Of a DNA stretch of 64,000 bases, positions 19,501-29,786 are shown piece by piece. The stretch is taken from NCBI GenBank assembly GCA_963724295.1, contig CAVRUC010000001.1, forward strand, positions 128,001-192,000, read 5' to 3'. The stretch comes from an uncultured Chloroflexia bacterium (GTDB lineage: Bacteria > Chloroflexota > Chloroflexia > Thermomicrobiales > UBA6265). The notes beneath the pieces were generated by a model. That model searched no databases and was not told the DNA's origin. It was given only the letters and a program-made list of their open reading frames with translations. A program made the position numbers and the translations under genes. Position 1 is the stretch's first letter. Every line of letters starts with the position of its first letter.

Positions 19501-19624
19501 CGGCTCCCGGCCATCGGTCCCCCTTGCTCGTGCCAGTCGCGATTGAGCACGCGTCGGCGACGGTCCCGCTCCTATACTCGGCGCCATGACATCGATGCTC
19601 TGCCCGGTAGGCGGCTGATTAATC

Positions 19625-21001
19625 GTGCCTGGCTCCGAACTGCGCCACGATTCCTCCGATAGGAGAGGCATGGCGTTGAACTCGATCCTTGGCGTCGCGG
19701 CGGAGTCGGTCAACGCCGCCGCCGAGGTACTGCTGCTGCCCAGTGTGATCCTGGCGTTTTTCGTCGCCGAGCTGACCCCATCCTATGCGACGATCGGGCT
19801 GGTGCCCGCGATCGCAATCGGATTCTGGACGCTGGGACGACTTCCGGCGCATCTCCTTAGCCAATCGCGCCGGCGGCAGCAACCGTGGGCGTTCGCCTCG
19901 GCGGTAGTGCGCGCGGCAGCTGTTGGCGTGCTCGCCGTTGTTACCACCCGCATTGATCCCGCCGCGCTTTCTCAGTCGGCGCGACCGCTGATCCTCACCG
20001 TTTTTCTCTGCCTCATCGCTTTCTCCCTGGCGGGCGGATTCGGAAGTTTGGCCGGCGGCGCGCTTCTCCAGTCCTCCATCGCGACGGAAACCTGGGGAGC
20101 GTTTGTCAGGCGGCGCGCCGGGTGGAGCGCGTTGTTGTCCATCCTGGCCGCCGTCGTCGTTGCCCGATTGCTTGGCAGCAGCGCTTTGCCGTTCCCAGGC
20201 GGATACGGACGGCTGTTTCTCGTGGCCACATTCTGTCTGGTCATAGTCGCCGTTTTGACCGCCGCGATGCGCGAGCCCTGGATCGCGGTCACATCGAGCG
20301 CGCCGAACCCACCTCCCCGTGCGTGGCGACAACTCCTCCAGGACGCCCACTACCGGCGGTTTCTCCTCTTTCGGATACTCCTCTCGGCAACGGCCGCGAT
20401 CGATCCGTTTCTCTTCCTCTACGCAATCACGCGTCTCGGCGCCCCCATCACCAAGATCGGCGATTATGTCATCTTGGCTGTTCTGGGGTGGGTTGTGTCA
20501 GCACCGGTCTGGTTCTGGGTCGAGCGCCGCTCCGGCGCCCGCACATTATTGCAAAGTGCCGCTGTCGTTCGTCTCATTGCGCCGGCCATCGCCCTGGCCA
20601 CGCCCCCGCTGGCGGCGATCGGTCTCGTCCGGGATCGCCTGCCCGACGCGACGACGTTGACGACGGTCTATGGAGCCGCGTTCTTTGTCGTCGGAGCGGC
20701 GCTGGCTGCCCAATCGCGCGGTAACTATGACTACCTCGCGGCACTGGCGCCTCACCAGCTTCTTCCGGCATACACCGGTATGATCAATGCGTTGCTTGCC
20801 GTGGTGGCGTTCGCCCCTGTGCTGGGGGGAATTCTGATCGAACGATTCAGTTATGAGGCGCTGTTCGGAGTCGCGGCGGCTGTCGGTCTGGCCACGGTGT
20901 TCGCGGGTGGATGGCTGGCGGAGACGCCGTCACGAGCACGGGAACGTGAGAACGCGGGCCATGCGGCGACCACCAGGGCAATCCTCTCCGGACCCGCCTG
21001 A
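19625..21001 (+). CDS. MFS-type membrane transporter
   Basis: About 12 hydrophobic segments in two halves. TATACT -10-like site at 19573-19578. Confidence 0.75.
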   Translation: MPGSELRHDSSDRRGMALNSILGVAAESVNAAAEVLLLPSVILAFFVAELTPSYATIGLVPAIAIGFWTLGRLPAHLLSQSRRRQQPWAFASAVVRAAAVGVLAVVTTRIDPAALSQSARPLILTVFLCLIAFSLAGGFGSLAGGALLQSSIATETWGAFVRRRAGWSALLSILAAVVVARLLGSSALPFPGGYGRLFLVATFCLVIVAVLTAAMREPWIAVTSSAPNPPPRAWRQLLQDAHYRRFLLFRILLSATAAIDPFLFLYAITRLGAPITKIGDYVILAVLGWVVSAPVWFWVERRSGARTLLQSAAVVRLIAPAIALATPPLAAIGLVRDRLPDATTLTTVYGAAFFVVGAALAAQSRGNYDYLAALAPHQLLPAYTGMINALLAVVAFAPVLGGILIERFSYEALFGVAAAVGLATVFAGGWLAETPSRARERENAGHAATTRAILSGPA

Positions 21002-21026
21002 CCGCCTCCCCTCATCTCGACGTCGC

Positions 21027-22589
21027 CTATTGACTCACCGGTCCAGCGGCGCGAACGGTCGCCGACGCGCTATCAGCGAAATTCGCAAAGTTCTCCGCCA
21101 GGTCTCGCGCCAATCGCGCGGCCGTGGCGTCGTACTCCCCGGCATCCGGCCAGGTCTCGCGCGGGCGCAGGAGCGCTCCCGGGATGCCTGGAGCCGATCG
21201 GGGCACCGCGAAGCCAAACACCGGATCGACGTCCATCCGCACGTCATCGAGGGAACCATCGAGGATCGCCGCGACCGCTGCCCGGGTCAGAGCGATCGGC
21301 ATCCGCGTCCCCGTCCCATACGGACCGCCGGTCCAGCCGGTATTGACGAGCCAGACCTGCGATCCATGCCGGTCCAACCGCTCCCCGAACAGGTTCGCGT
21401 AACGCATCGGCGGCAGCGGCAGGAACGGCGCGCCAAAACACGCTGAGAACGTAGCGCTTGGGGTGGTGACACCTCGTTCCGTGCCGGCAAGCTTCGCGGT
21501 ATAGCCGGAAAGGAACCAGTAGAGCGCCTGGTCGCGGGAGAGTCTGGCTATCGGCGGCAGGACACCAAACGCATCCGCTGAGAGGAACAGGATCTTCGAC
21601 GGATGCGTTCCGCTCCCTCCCGCCTCGGGATCGAGAAAAGCGAGCGGATAGGCCGCGCGGGTATTCTCGGTCAGCGAGTCGTCCTCAAATCGCGGACGTC
21701 GCGTGTCCGGATCGAGGACGACATTCTCGAGGACGGCTCCAAACCGTTGCGCCGCGCGAAAGATCTCCGGTTCGGCCTCCGCGGAGAGCCCGATCGTTTT
21801 CGCATACGAGCCATTTTCGAAGTTGAAGATGCCGCGCTCCGACCAGCCATGCTCATCGTCGCCGATCAACCGGCGTTGCGGATCGGTCGAGAGCGTGGTC
21901 TTTCCGGTTCCCGACAGACCAAAAAAGAGCGCGGTGCTGCCGTCCCGCCCCTCGTTTGCCGAGCAGTGCATGGTGGCCACGCCGTGCCGCGGAAGTGATC
22001 CCTGCATCACCGTGAAGATCGCCTTCTTGATCTCGCCGGCGTATCGCGTGCCGGCGATCAGCACGCGCCGCCACTCGAAGTCGATCGCGATCCCGGTGGT
22101 GCTCGCCGTCTCATGCCGAACGGGATCAGCCTGGAGCTGGGGCGCATGGAGAACGGTCCAGCGTTCTGTCGCGGCCCCATCGCCGCCGCGCCCTGGGAGA
22201 AACAGGTTGCGAGCGAACAACGCCGACCAGGCGCTGTCGGTCACGAGCTGGACCGGCAGGTTGAACCGCGGGTCCGCGCCAACGGAGAGGTCCATCAGGT
22301 AACGGTCTTTGCCGGCCAGGTACTCGACGACATCGGCATGGAATCGTGCGAAGGCGTCCGGCGACATCGGCTGGTTGACGCTCCCCCACCAGATCTCGTC
22401 TGCGAGCTCTCCGTGCCGCACGACGAACTTGTCCTCGGGCGAGCGTCCGGTGTGCGTGCCGGTTTCGACCACGAGCGCGCCAGAATTTGCCAGTTGCCCT
22501 TCCCCTCGCCGAATGGCATGCTCGATGAGTGCGCCTGGTGCAAGGTCGCGGTGATCCACGCTCGCCGTCCGCCGCGCCTGTCTTGTCAT
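21027..22589 (-). CDS. pckA: Phosphoenolpyruvate carboxykinase (ATP)
   Basis: TGRSPEDKF, YAGEIKK, MHCSAN, GLSGTGKTTLS, IGDDEHGW, ENTRAAYP, FSACFGAPF. Start is uncertain. Confidence 0.96.
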   Translation of the reverse strand: MTRQARRTASVDHRDLAPGALIEHAIRRGEGQLANSGALVVETGTHTGRSPEDKFVVRHGELADEIWWGSVNQPMSPDAFARFHADVVEYLAGKDRYLMDLSVGADPRFNLPVQLVTDSAWSALFARNLFLPGRGGDGAATERWTVLHAPQLQADPVRHETASTTGIAIDFEWRRVLIAGTRYAGEIKKAIFTVMQGSLPRHGVATMHCSANEGRDGSTALFFGLSGTGKTTLSTDPQRRLIGDDEHGWSERGIFNFENGSYAKTIGLSAEAEPEIFRAAQRFGAVLENVVLDPDTRRPRFEDDSLTENTRAAYPLAFLDPEAGGSGTHPSKILFLSADAFGVLPPIARLSRDQALYWFLSGYTAKLAGTERGVTTPSATFSACFGAPFLPLPPMRYANLFGERLDRHGSQVWLVNTGWTGGPYGTGTRMPIALTRAAVAAILDGSLDDVRMDVDPVFGFAVPRSAPGIPGALLRPRETWPDAGEYDATAARLARDLAENFANFADSASATVRAAGPVSQ

Positions 22590-22819
22590 CGGAGCGCTAC
22601 TTGCGTTCGGTCCACTGTCAGCGTCCTCGATCACCAAAGTGACAGTTCGTTGGACTGCGCTCACGCTGCTGATCCTCCCCATGACGCGCGGGGCCGCGCG
22701 GGCCACCGCGCCACGCGACGTCAGCGGCGGGAGCGATCGAGCATGTGTAGCCGCCTGACTCGGAAACAGCCTCGCAAGGCAGGGGCCACCCCAAGCCAGG
22801 CATGGCCGCGGGAGCCGTT

Positions 22820-24217
22820 TCAGGCAGCCAGCGCGGGACGAATGGCGACGATCGCGCGCCGGAAACCGGCCAGCACTTCGTCGATCGTCGCATCGTCCAT
22901 CGCGGTCGACGTGCACATCGTCAGCCGCGGCGCAACGAAGATTCCCTCGAGCAGCAGTGTCAGGTGGAGTAGCCGGGCAAGACCCTTGTCGGTGAGCGCC
23001 GCATCGCGATAGGCGCGGACCTCAGGAATGCCGAGATGGAGACCGGCGAACGAACCGTAACCGGTCACAGCCACCGGCACCTCTGCATCCTGGAGGGCGG
23101 CACGCAATCCGTCGCGCAAGCGTTCGCCGAGGGCGTTGATCCGATCGACCTCCGCCGGGGTGTACGCCTCCATCGCCGCGACGCCCGCCACCATCGTGAT
23201 CAGATTGCCGTTGAACGTGCCCGATTGCCAGAGTGGCGCTGGACGCAACGGGTCGAACTGCTCCATGACACTGGAGCGGCCACCAAATCCGCCGACAGGA
23301 AATCCGCCGCCGATGATCTTGGCGAACGTGGTCAGGTCCGGACGCACGCGATAGTGCTGCTGCATCCCGCCTGGCTCGAGCCGGAAGCTCATCACCTCGT
23401 CGAATATCAGCAGCGCATCATGTTCGAGGGTGAGGACCCTGAGCGCTTCCAGAAATGCCCGATCCGCCGGCAGCATACCGGCCGAACCCATCACCGGCTC
23501 GACGATCACCGCCGCGACTTCCTGGCCGCGTTCCCGCATGAGACGCTCCACGGCGTCGATGTCGTTCAACGGGGTGACGAGCACATTGTCGGTCGTGTTC
23601 GCCGGCACGCCGCGGGTGCCCAGCACGCCAACTGGCGCGTGATCGGGGCCGGACGCCGGGTCGCGTGGATCCGGGCGCACGCTCACTTCCACGTCGTCAT
23701 ACGTTCCGTGGTAGCCGCCCTCCATCTTGACGATGAGATCGCGGCCGGTGAACGCGCGCGCCGCCCGCAGCGCGTTCATCACCGCTTCGGAACCGGAGTT
23801 GCAGAAGCGCACGAGGTCGACCGAGGCAACGCGATCGACGATGATCTCCGCCAATCGGGTCTGCGACTCATTCGGAGCCGGAAATGCGGTGCCGGAGGGA
23901 AGACGATCCGCCACGGCAGCCACAACCGCCGGGTGACTGTGCCCATGGATCAGGGAGGTGTAGTTGTTGAGGAGGTCGACGTAGGTGCGCCCGTCGGCGT
24001 CGTGGATGCGACACCCCTGTCCATCGGTGATCACCAGCGGGTACGGCGCATGAAATGCCACGGTGCGGGTATCACCACCCGGCATGACCCGGCGCGCGGC
24101 CTCGTGTAGCGCGGCCGAGCGAGGCGAGCTTGCCCGGTAATCGGCAATCACTTCCGCCTCGACTTCCGAACGAGTGCGCGAATCAAGGGTTGAGGAGACC
24201 TGTGCCCCCACCGCCAT
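22820..24217 (-). CDS. Class III PLP aminotransferase (GSA-like / beta-amino-acid transaminase-like)
   Basis: MPGGDTR, NSGSEA, GGYHG, IFDEVMSFR, TFAKIIGGGFPVG, SGTFNGN. AAGGAG SD. Confidence 0.88.
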   Translation of the reverse strand: MAVGAQVSSTLDSRTRSEVEAEVIADYRASSPRSAALHEAARRVMPGGDTRTVAFHAPYPLVITDGQGCRIHDADGRTYVDLLNNYTSLIHGHSHPAVVAAVADRLPSGTAFPAPNESQTRLAEIIVDRVASVDLVRFCNSGSEAVMNALRAARAFTGRDLIVKMEGGYHGTYDDVEVSVRPDPRDPASGPDHAPVGVLGTRGVPANTTDNVLVTPLNDIDAVERLMRERGQEVAAVIVEPVMGSAGMLPADRAFLEALRVLTLEHDALLIFDEVMSFRLEPGGMQQHYRVRPDLTTFAKIIGGGFPVGGFGGRSSVMEQFDPLRPAPLWQSGTFNGNLITMVAGVAAMEAYTPAEVDRINALGERLRDGLRAALQDAEVPVAVTGYGSFAGLHLGIPEVRAYRDAALTDKGLARLLHLTLLLEGIFVAPRLTMCTSTAMDDATIDEVLAGFRRAIVAIRPALAA

Positions 24218-24349
24218 CCTATTTCTCCTTGGTGACCGGACCACTGCTCTGGACCGGGATCGTAAGAACCAGGAGCAAGGGCGTCAAGTCGCGCCGGCGG
24301 GTACGATGCTGGGGACCAACGACCGAACGGCAAGAAAGGGCACATCCGG

Positions 24350-25534
24350 GTGAGGATCGAACCGTTTCAGCTCGAGCGCTGGATGACGAAATACGAGCTC
24401 AACGTCAGGTGGGATATCGCCGAGAGCGGCATCTACCCCATGTCCTCTCGCGAGCTCCTCGACTTGCTGGCGCCTGAAGAACGTCAGAGCGAGCTGAACC
24501 GGCTGCTCGATCTGCGGCTGGGATACAGCGAAGCCTGCGGCAGCGCGGAGCTTCGCGGCCTGATCGCGGCCACCTATGAGAACACCTCGCCCGACGAAAT
24601 TCTCATTTCGACCGGCGCCATTGAAGCGAATTTCCTGCTCTTCAACGAGCTGCTTTCGGCAGGCGACCGGGTCGTGGCGGTCAGCCCGGCCTACCAGCAG
24701 CTCCACAGTGTGGCCAAAGCCATTGGCTGCGACGTGGCCCTCTGGACGCTGCGTGATGACGGAGGATTCCGCTTCGACCTTGACGATCTGCGAGCGCTTG
24801 CGACGCCCGGGACGCGGATGATCGTGGTCAACAGCCCGCACAATCCCACCGGAGCGATGCTCACTGAGGAGCAGCTGAGGGAGATCTATGCGTTGGCGGA
24901 GGAGCTCGACGCTTGGGTGCTGAGTGACGAAGCCTACCGCTGGCTCGATCTCCCAGGCAGTCCACCGCTCGCCCCGCCGATGCGAAACCTCGGGCCGTGG
25001 GCGATCAGCACTGGCACGTTTTCGAAGCCGTTTGGCCTGCCCGGGTTGCGGATCGGCTGGATCGCCGCGCCGGAAGACGTGGTGCGGCGCTGCTGGGGGC
25101 TGCGCGACTACATCAGCCTCAGCCCCGGAAAGCTGAACGACGCCTTAGCGGTCCTCGCCTTCCGCCATCGCGACCAGATCGTGGAACGCACCCGGCAGAT
25201 CGTCGCCGAGAATCTCCCGTTTGCTGCACGCTGGTTCGCGGAGAACGAAGATCTCGTCTCCTGGACACCACCTCGAGGTGGCATCCTGGCATTGATGAAG
25301 TACCAGCTCGATCTGCCGTCATTGCAGCTTGCCAACCGTCTGGCCGAGGACTACAGCGTGATGTTGGCGCCGGGCTCGGCATTCGGCTACGAGGGGTACC
25401 TGCGCATCGGCGTTGGCAACAACCCGGACATCTTCGCGGAAGGACTCCGCCAGACGGCACGCTGCCTGCGGGATTTGGCCAACTCCGGAGATCGTCCCAC
25501 CACGAATCAGGTGCTGTCGGCAGCAACAGCCTGA
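24350..25534 (+). CDS. Class I/II PLP aminotransferase
   Basis: NSPHNPTG, SDEAY, TFSKPFGLPGLRIGW, YLRIG. Confidence 0.9.
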   Translation: MRIEPFQLERWMTKYELNVRWDIAESGIYPMSSRELLDLLAPEERQSELNRLLDLRLGYSEACGSAELRGLIAATYENTSPDEILISTGAIEANFLLFNELLSAGDRVVAVSPAYQQLHSVAKAIGCDVALWTLRDDGGFRFDLDDLRALATPGTRMIVVNSPHNPTGAMLTEEQLREIYALAEELDAWVLSDEAYRWLDLPGSPPLAPPMRNLGPWAISTGTFSKPFGLPGLRIGWIAAPEDVVRRCWGLRDYISLSPGKLNDALAVLAFRHRDQIVERTRQIVAENLPFAARWFAENEDLVSWTPPRGGILALMKYQLDLPSLQLANRLAEDYSVMLAPGSAFGYEGYLRIGVGNNPDIFAEGLRQTARCLRDLANSGDRPTTNQVLSAATA

Positions 25535-25554
25535 TCGATTTTCACCAGAACGCG

Positions 25555-25589
25555 AGCGGGGCCGCCGGAGTTTCCAGCGGCCCCGCTTC
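25555..25589. terminator. Stem-loop between the convergent aminotransferase and coxM
   Basis: GCGGGGCCGC...GCGGCCCCGC inverted repeat. Confidence 0.6.
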
Positions 25590-25606
25590 CTTGTGACTGC
25601 TGTGAA

Positions 25607-26465
25607 TTACATCGACGCGGCAGCCCGAGTGAGCGCCCGACCGGTCAGCACGCCTACGAGGTGTCGCCGGTACTCCTCGGACGCGAAATAGTCGCCGTTG
25701 ATCTCCAGCCCATCCCCGGCCACCGCCGCCGCGGCCGCGATCGAATCGGCGTCGAGACTCTTTCCGACCACGGCCTGTTCAGCATTCGCGGCACGTGTCG
25801 CTTTGCTCGTCGCCCCGGTGACGGCGATCCGCGCCCAGTCGACTGTTCCACCGGAGCCGGTGCCCACGACGGCCGCCACACCGACCACCGCGTAACCCGA
25901 AGCCGGGTGACGAAATTTCTCGTACGCCATGCCAGTGCCCGCGGCCGGAGCCTGGAACGAGACCGAGGTGATGATCTCGTCCGGCTCCAACGCCGTCGTG
26001 AACAAATCGACGAACAGCTCGTCGGCCGACGATCGTGCGCGAGCCTTGCGCGCCGGTGACCTCTACGGTGCCGTTCAGCGCCAGGAAGATGGCGGTGAAA
26101 TCGGCGGCCGGATCAGAGTGCGCCAGCGCCCCGCCGAGTGTGCCCCGCGCCTGCACGGCCGGGTCGCCCACGTTATCGGCCGCCTCGGTCACCATCGGTA
26201 GCACGCGGCTCAGCTCGCGCGAGTCGCGCAGCATTGCGTAGGTCGTCATCGCCCCGATGGTGATCTTCCCTGACGCGTCGATGCCGACGAGTCCGGCGAT
26301 GCCACCGAGATCGACCAGCGACGATGGTGATGCGAGGCGCAGCTTCATCGCGGGCAGTAGCGAGTGCCCACCGGCCAGCAGCTTGGCATCGGGATCCGCC
26401 GCCAGGAGGCTGGCCGCCGCCTGTACGCTCTCCGGTCGGTGGTAGTCAAACTGGTTTGGGAACAC
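25607..26465 (-). CDS. coxM: Molybdenum hydroxylase FAD subunit (CoxM-like), apparent +1 frameshift near 26029
   Basis: LAGGHSLLPAMKLR and GTLGGALAHSDPAAD, then ADELFVDLFTTAL...YEKFRHPASGYAVVG...EYRRHL in the next frame. Confidence 0.9.
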
Positions 26466-26524
26466 CGCGATCCCTCCGTCTTCCGTCTAACCGCGAATCG
26501 AGTTCAAAACGAACTGGCGCGCTT

Positions 26525-28918
26525 CTACGCCGATGCGTCCTGCGCGTGCATGGCGCGCCAGACGCGCTCCGGTGTGTACGGCATGTCCAGGTGTTTCACT
26601 CCCAGGTGGGAGAGCGCATCGACGACGGCGTTGGATACCGCCGGGGTGGAGCCGATCGTGCCCGCTTCACCCGCCCCCTTGGCGCCCATCGGGTTGACAG
26701 TCGTGGTCGTCACCGTCCGGTCGAGCTCATAGGTAGGCAGCATGCTCGCCTTCGGGATCGCGTAGTCGTTCATCGTCGCCGTGATCAACTCGCCATTCTC
26801 CGCGTAGACCGCGCCTTCGTACAGGGCCTGGGCGATCCCCTGGGCGATGCCGCCGTGGAGCTGGCCGTCGACGATCATCGGATTGATGACGTTGCCGACG
26901 TCGTCGACCGCGACGTACTTGACGATCTCGACCTGGCCCGTATCGCGATCGACCTCGACGACGCAAACGTGCGTCCCGAACGGAAATGTGCAGTTCGGCG
27001 GATCGTAGTAGGTCACCGCCTCCAACGCGGGCTCCATCCCCGGTGGCAGGTCGTAGGCGATGTGCGCCTGGAGCGCGATGTCCTGGATCGTCTTGACCGC
27101 ATCCGGCGATCCCTTCACCCAGGCCTTGCCGTTCTCGTAGACGATATCCTCCGGCGCCGCCTCGAGCATATGCGCCGCCAGCAGCTTGGCCTTTTCGACG
27201 ACCTTCTGCACGCTCTTGAAGATCGCGGTGCCGCCGACGGCCAGCGAGCGGCTGCCATAAGAGCCAAAACCGAAGGGTGTGCCCCTGGTGTCGGAGTGCT
27301 CGATCTCGACGTCTTCGTACGGGACTCCCAGCTCGTCAGCAACGAGCTGGGCGAACGTCGTCTCGTGCCCCTGTCCGTGGGGCAGCGAGCCCGTCGTGAC
27401 CGAGACTTTGCCGGTGAGATAGACCCGGACCTGCGCACTCTCCCAGAGGCCCGCACCCCAACCCTCTCCACTCAATCCGATCCACTTCGAGGGCGCAACG
27501 CCACAGACCTCGACATAGGACGAAAGTCCGATTCCGAGGAGCCTATTCGAGCCGTTGGCGCGCCGTGTCGCCTGCTCCTCACGAAGGCTCGCGTAACCGA
27601 CCTGCTGCAGGGCTTTATCGAGCGCCGGGGCGTAGTTGCCACTGTCATAGGGCAACATGCCGATCCCCGTGTCGTAGGGGAAATCTTCGGGTTGAATGAA
27701 GTTGCGGCGCCGCACCTCCACTGGATCGATCCCGGTGGCGTCCGCAACGAGGTCGCAGGTGCGCTCGATGACGAACGTCGCCTCGGGTCGCCCGGCGCCA
27801 CGATAGGCATCGACCATGGCCGTGTTGGTGTAAACCCCTTTGACATCAACGTGGATATTCGGGATCTTGTAGCAGCCAGCCACCATCCGCCCGTAGAGCG
27901 TGGTCGGGATGCCGGGTGCGATCGTCGACAGGTAAGCGCCAAGGTTCGCCAACGTTGAAACCTTGAGCGCCGTGATCTTGCCATCGTTCGTAGCGCCGAC
28001 CTCGATGTCCGTGTGATGGTCGCGACCGTGCGTGGTGTGCAGGTAGTTCTCGGTGCGATCTTCGAAGAACTTCACGGGGCGTCCCAGCTGCTTCGATAGC
28101 CACAGCATCAGCGGCATGTCGAAGTACATGAAGATCTTGGATCCGAACCCTCCACCGACGTCAGGTGAGATAAATCGCACCTTCTGCTCGGGAACGCCAA
28201 GGATGAAAGCGGCCACGAGCAGCTTCATGACATGCGGCGCTTGGGAGGTAGCCCACATGGTGTATTCGTCGGTGGCCGGGTCGTAATATCCGATCGAGCC
28301 GCGCGGTTCGATCGCGGTCGGAATCAGCCGCTGGTTGTAGAGGCTCTGGCTGACCCGCACCTCGGCCTCGGCCAGAGCGCGGTCGACCGTCTCGGCATCC
28401 GTCCCACAGGTCCAGTGCATGACGATGTTGTTCGGTGCGTTCTCATGGAGCTGTGGCGCGCCCGGCTTGACCGCCTCTCGCGAGTCGACGACCGCCGGCA
28501 GCTCGTCGAAGTCGACCTCGATCGCCTCCAGGGCATCATTGGCCTGGTAGACGCTTTCGGCGACGACCACCGCAACCGGGTCGCCCACCTGACGCACCTC
28601 GCCCAGCGCGAGCAGCCGCGGGGTGGCGACGTTGTTGTCGACCCCGGCTGCCTGCCAGGCGCAGGGAAGCGGGTTCACCTCGGCGAGATCCTCACCCGTG
28701 AACACCCCGATGACGCCCGGCATGGACTTCGCTCGGCTCGTATCGATGGCGCGAATCCTCGCGTGGGCTACCGGAGAGCGCAGCACCGCCGCATAGCACA
28801 TTCCCGGCAACCGGATATCGTCGAGAAAGCTCCCGCCACCTGTCATCAGTTTCGGATCTTCTCGCCGCCGGATCGGTTTGCCGACGAGCTTCTCGGGCGC
28901 CTCGATGGTTGCTGCCAT
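26525..28918 (-). CDS. coxL: Molybdenum hydroxylase large subunit, form II CoxL-like
   Basis: RREDP, DVGGGFGSK, AYRGAGRPE (form II loop), HGQGHETT, GSRS, GAKGAGE. Confidence 0.92.
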   Translation of the reverse strand: MAATIEAPEKLVGKPIRRREDPKLMTGGGSFLDDIRLPGMCYAAVLRSPVAHARIRAIDTSRAKSMPGVIGVFTGEDLAEVNPLPCAWQAAGVDNNVATPRLLALGEVRQVGDPVAVVVAESVYQANDALEAIEVDFDELPAVVDSREAVKPGAPQLHENAPNNIVMHWTCGTDAETVDRALAEAEVRVSQSLYNQRLIPTAIEPRGSIGYYDPATDEYTMWATSQAPHVMKLLVAAFILGVPEQKVRFISPDVGGGFGSKIFMYFDMPLMLWLSKQLGRPVKFFEDRTENYLHTTHGRDHHTDIEVGATNDGKITALKVSTLANLGAYLSTIAPGIPTTLYGRMVAGCYKIPNIHVDVKGVYTNTAMVDAYRGAGRPEATFVIERTCDLVADATGIDPVEVRRRNFIQPEDFPYDTGIGMLPYDSGNYAPALDKALQQVGYASLREEQATRRANGSNRLLGIGLSSYVEVCGVAPSKWIGLSGEGWGAGLWESAQVRVYLTGKVSVTTGSLPHGQGHETTFAQLVADELGVPYEDVEIEHSDTRGTPFGFGSYGSRSLAVGGTAIFKSVQKVVEKAKLLAAHMLEAAPEDIVYENGKAWVKGSPDAVKTIQDIALQAHIAYDLPPGMEPALEAVTYYDPPNCTFPFGTHVCVVEVDRDTGQVEIVKYVAVDDVGNVINPMIVDGQLHGGIAQGIAQALYEGAVYAENGELITATMNDYAIPKASMLPTYELDRTVTTTTVNPMGAKGAGEAGTIGSTPAVSNAVVDALSHLGVKHLDMPYTPERVWRAMHAQDASA

Positions 28919-28933
28919 GTCACGTCCCTCCGG

Positions 28934-29545
28934 CTACTGCTGCTCCTGCCCAGCGAGCTGATCGCCCCAATCCTGGAGATTCTCCGGGGCGTGCTCGATA
29001 ACGTCCTCATGCTGGAAATCAAGGTCCGTTCCCGGACCCGCCTCGACCGCGCCCCCGCCGCGCTGCTTCGCCGCGTACTGGACCGCTTTGACGATGTTCT
29101 GATACCCAGTGCAGCGGCAGAGGTTGCCCTCCAGGGCGTGACGGATCTCGGCTTCTGAAGGATTCGGGTTGCGGTCGAGGAACGCGTTGGCGGTCATGAT
29201 CATGCCAGGGGTGCAGTAGCCGCATTGCAGCCCGTGCATCTCCCAGAAGCCCATCTGGACCTCGTCGTACTCGCCGTCCTTGGAAATCCCTTCGATGGTG
29301 GTCAGTTCGGCGCCGTCGGCCTGGACCGTCAACAGCGTGCAACTCTTGACCGGCTCGCCATTGAAGTGGATCACACAGGCGCCACACTGGCTGGTATCGC
29401 AGCCGACGTGCGTTCCTGTGAGACCCAGGTTGTCGCGCAGGAAGCTGACGAGCAGTAATCGCGGCTCGACTTCGGCCGCGTATTCAACGCCATTGACCGT
29501 CATCCGGACCGCGACCCTGCTGGGCGCGGTAATGGTCGTTGCCAT
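28934..29545 (-). CDS. coxS: Molybdenum hydroxylase 2Fe-2S subunit (CoxS-like)
   Basis: [36 protein letters not shown]. Confidence 0.95.
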   Translation of the reverse strand: MATTITAPSRVAVRMTVNGVEYAAEVEPRLLLVSFLRDNLGLTGTHVGCDTSQCGACVIHFNGEPVKSCTLLTVQADGAELTTIEGISKDGEYDEVQMGFWEMHGLQCGYCTPGMIMTANAFLDRNPNPSEAEIRHALEGNLCRCTGYQNIVKAVQYAAKQRGGGAVEAGPGTDLDFQHEDVIEHAPENLQDWGDQLAGQEQQ

Positions 29546-29571
29546 GGTCTCTGCACTCCTCCGCTCACTTG

Positions 29572-29772
29572 CCGCCGTGGCACCGGCCGCGGCGGAACGA
29601 ACCCGATCGGCAGCTTCTACCGTGTGCGGCCGACTGCCAACCCTACCGGTCCGAAGACTGACCGCATGTGGTTGCCAAGAGCAACGCGTGCGCCGAGAAC
29701 CGGCGCCGCGCATCAACTCGAGCAGACACCCCACCTCAGGTGGGATTGGCAGATCACGTGGGCGCGAGTATA
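29572..29772 (-). promoter_or_regulatory. coxS promoter (-10 TATACT) and hairpin-rich 5' leader
   Basis: TATACT at 29772-29767, palindrome CCCACCT-N-AGGTGGG at 29730-29744, and several further stems. Confidence 0.45.
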
Positions 29773-29786
29773 CCGCCGACGGGCGT

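Noticed and set aside
22820..24217. hemL (GSA aminomutase)
   Set aside because: It lacks the PGGVNSPVR signature and has no hem gene context.
26324..27958. 544-aa plus-strand ORF
   Set aside because: Antisense shadow of coxL.
26525..28918. Bona fide form I aerobic CO dehydrogenase
   Set aside because: The loop is AYRGAGR rather than AYXCSFR, and the gene order is S-L-M.
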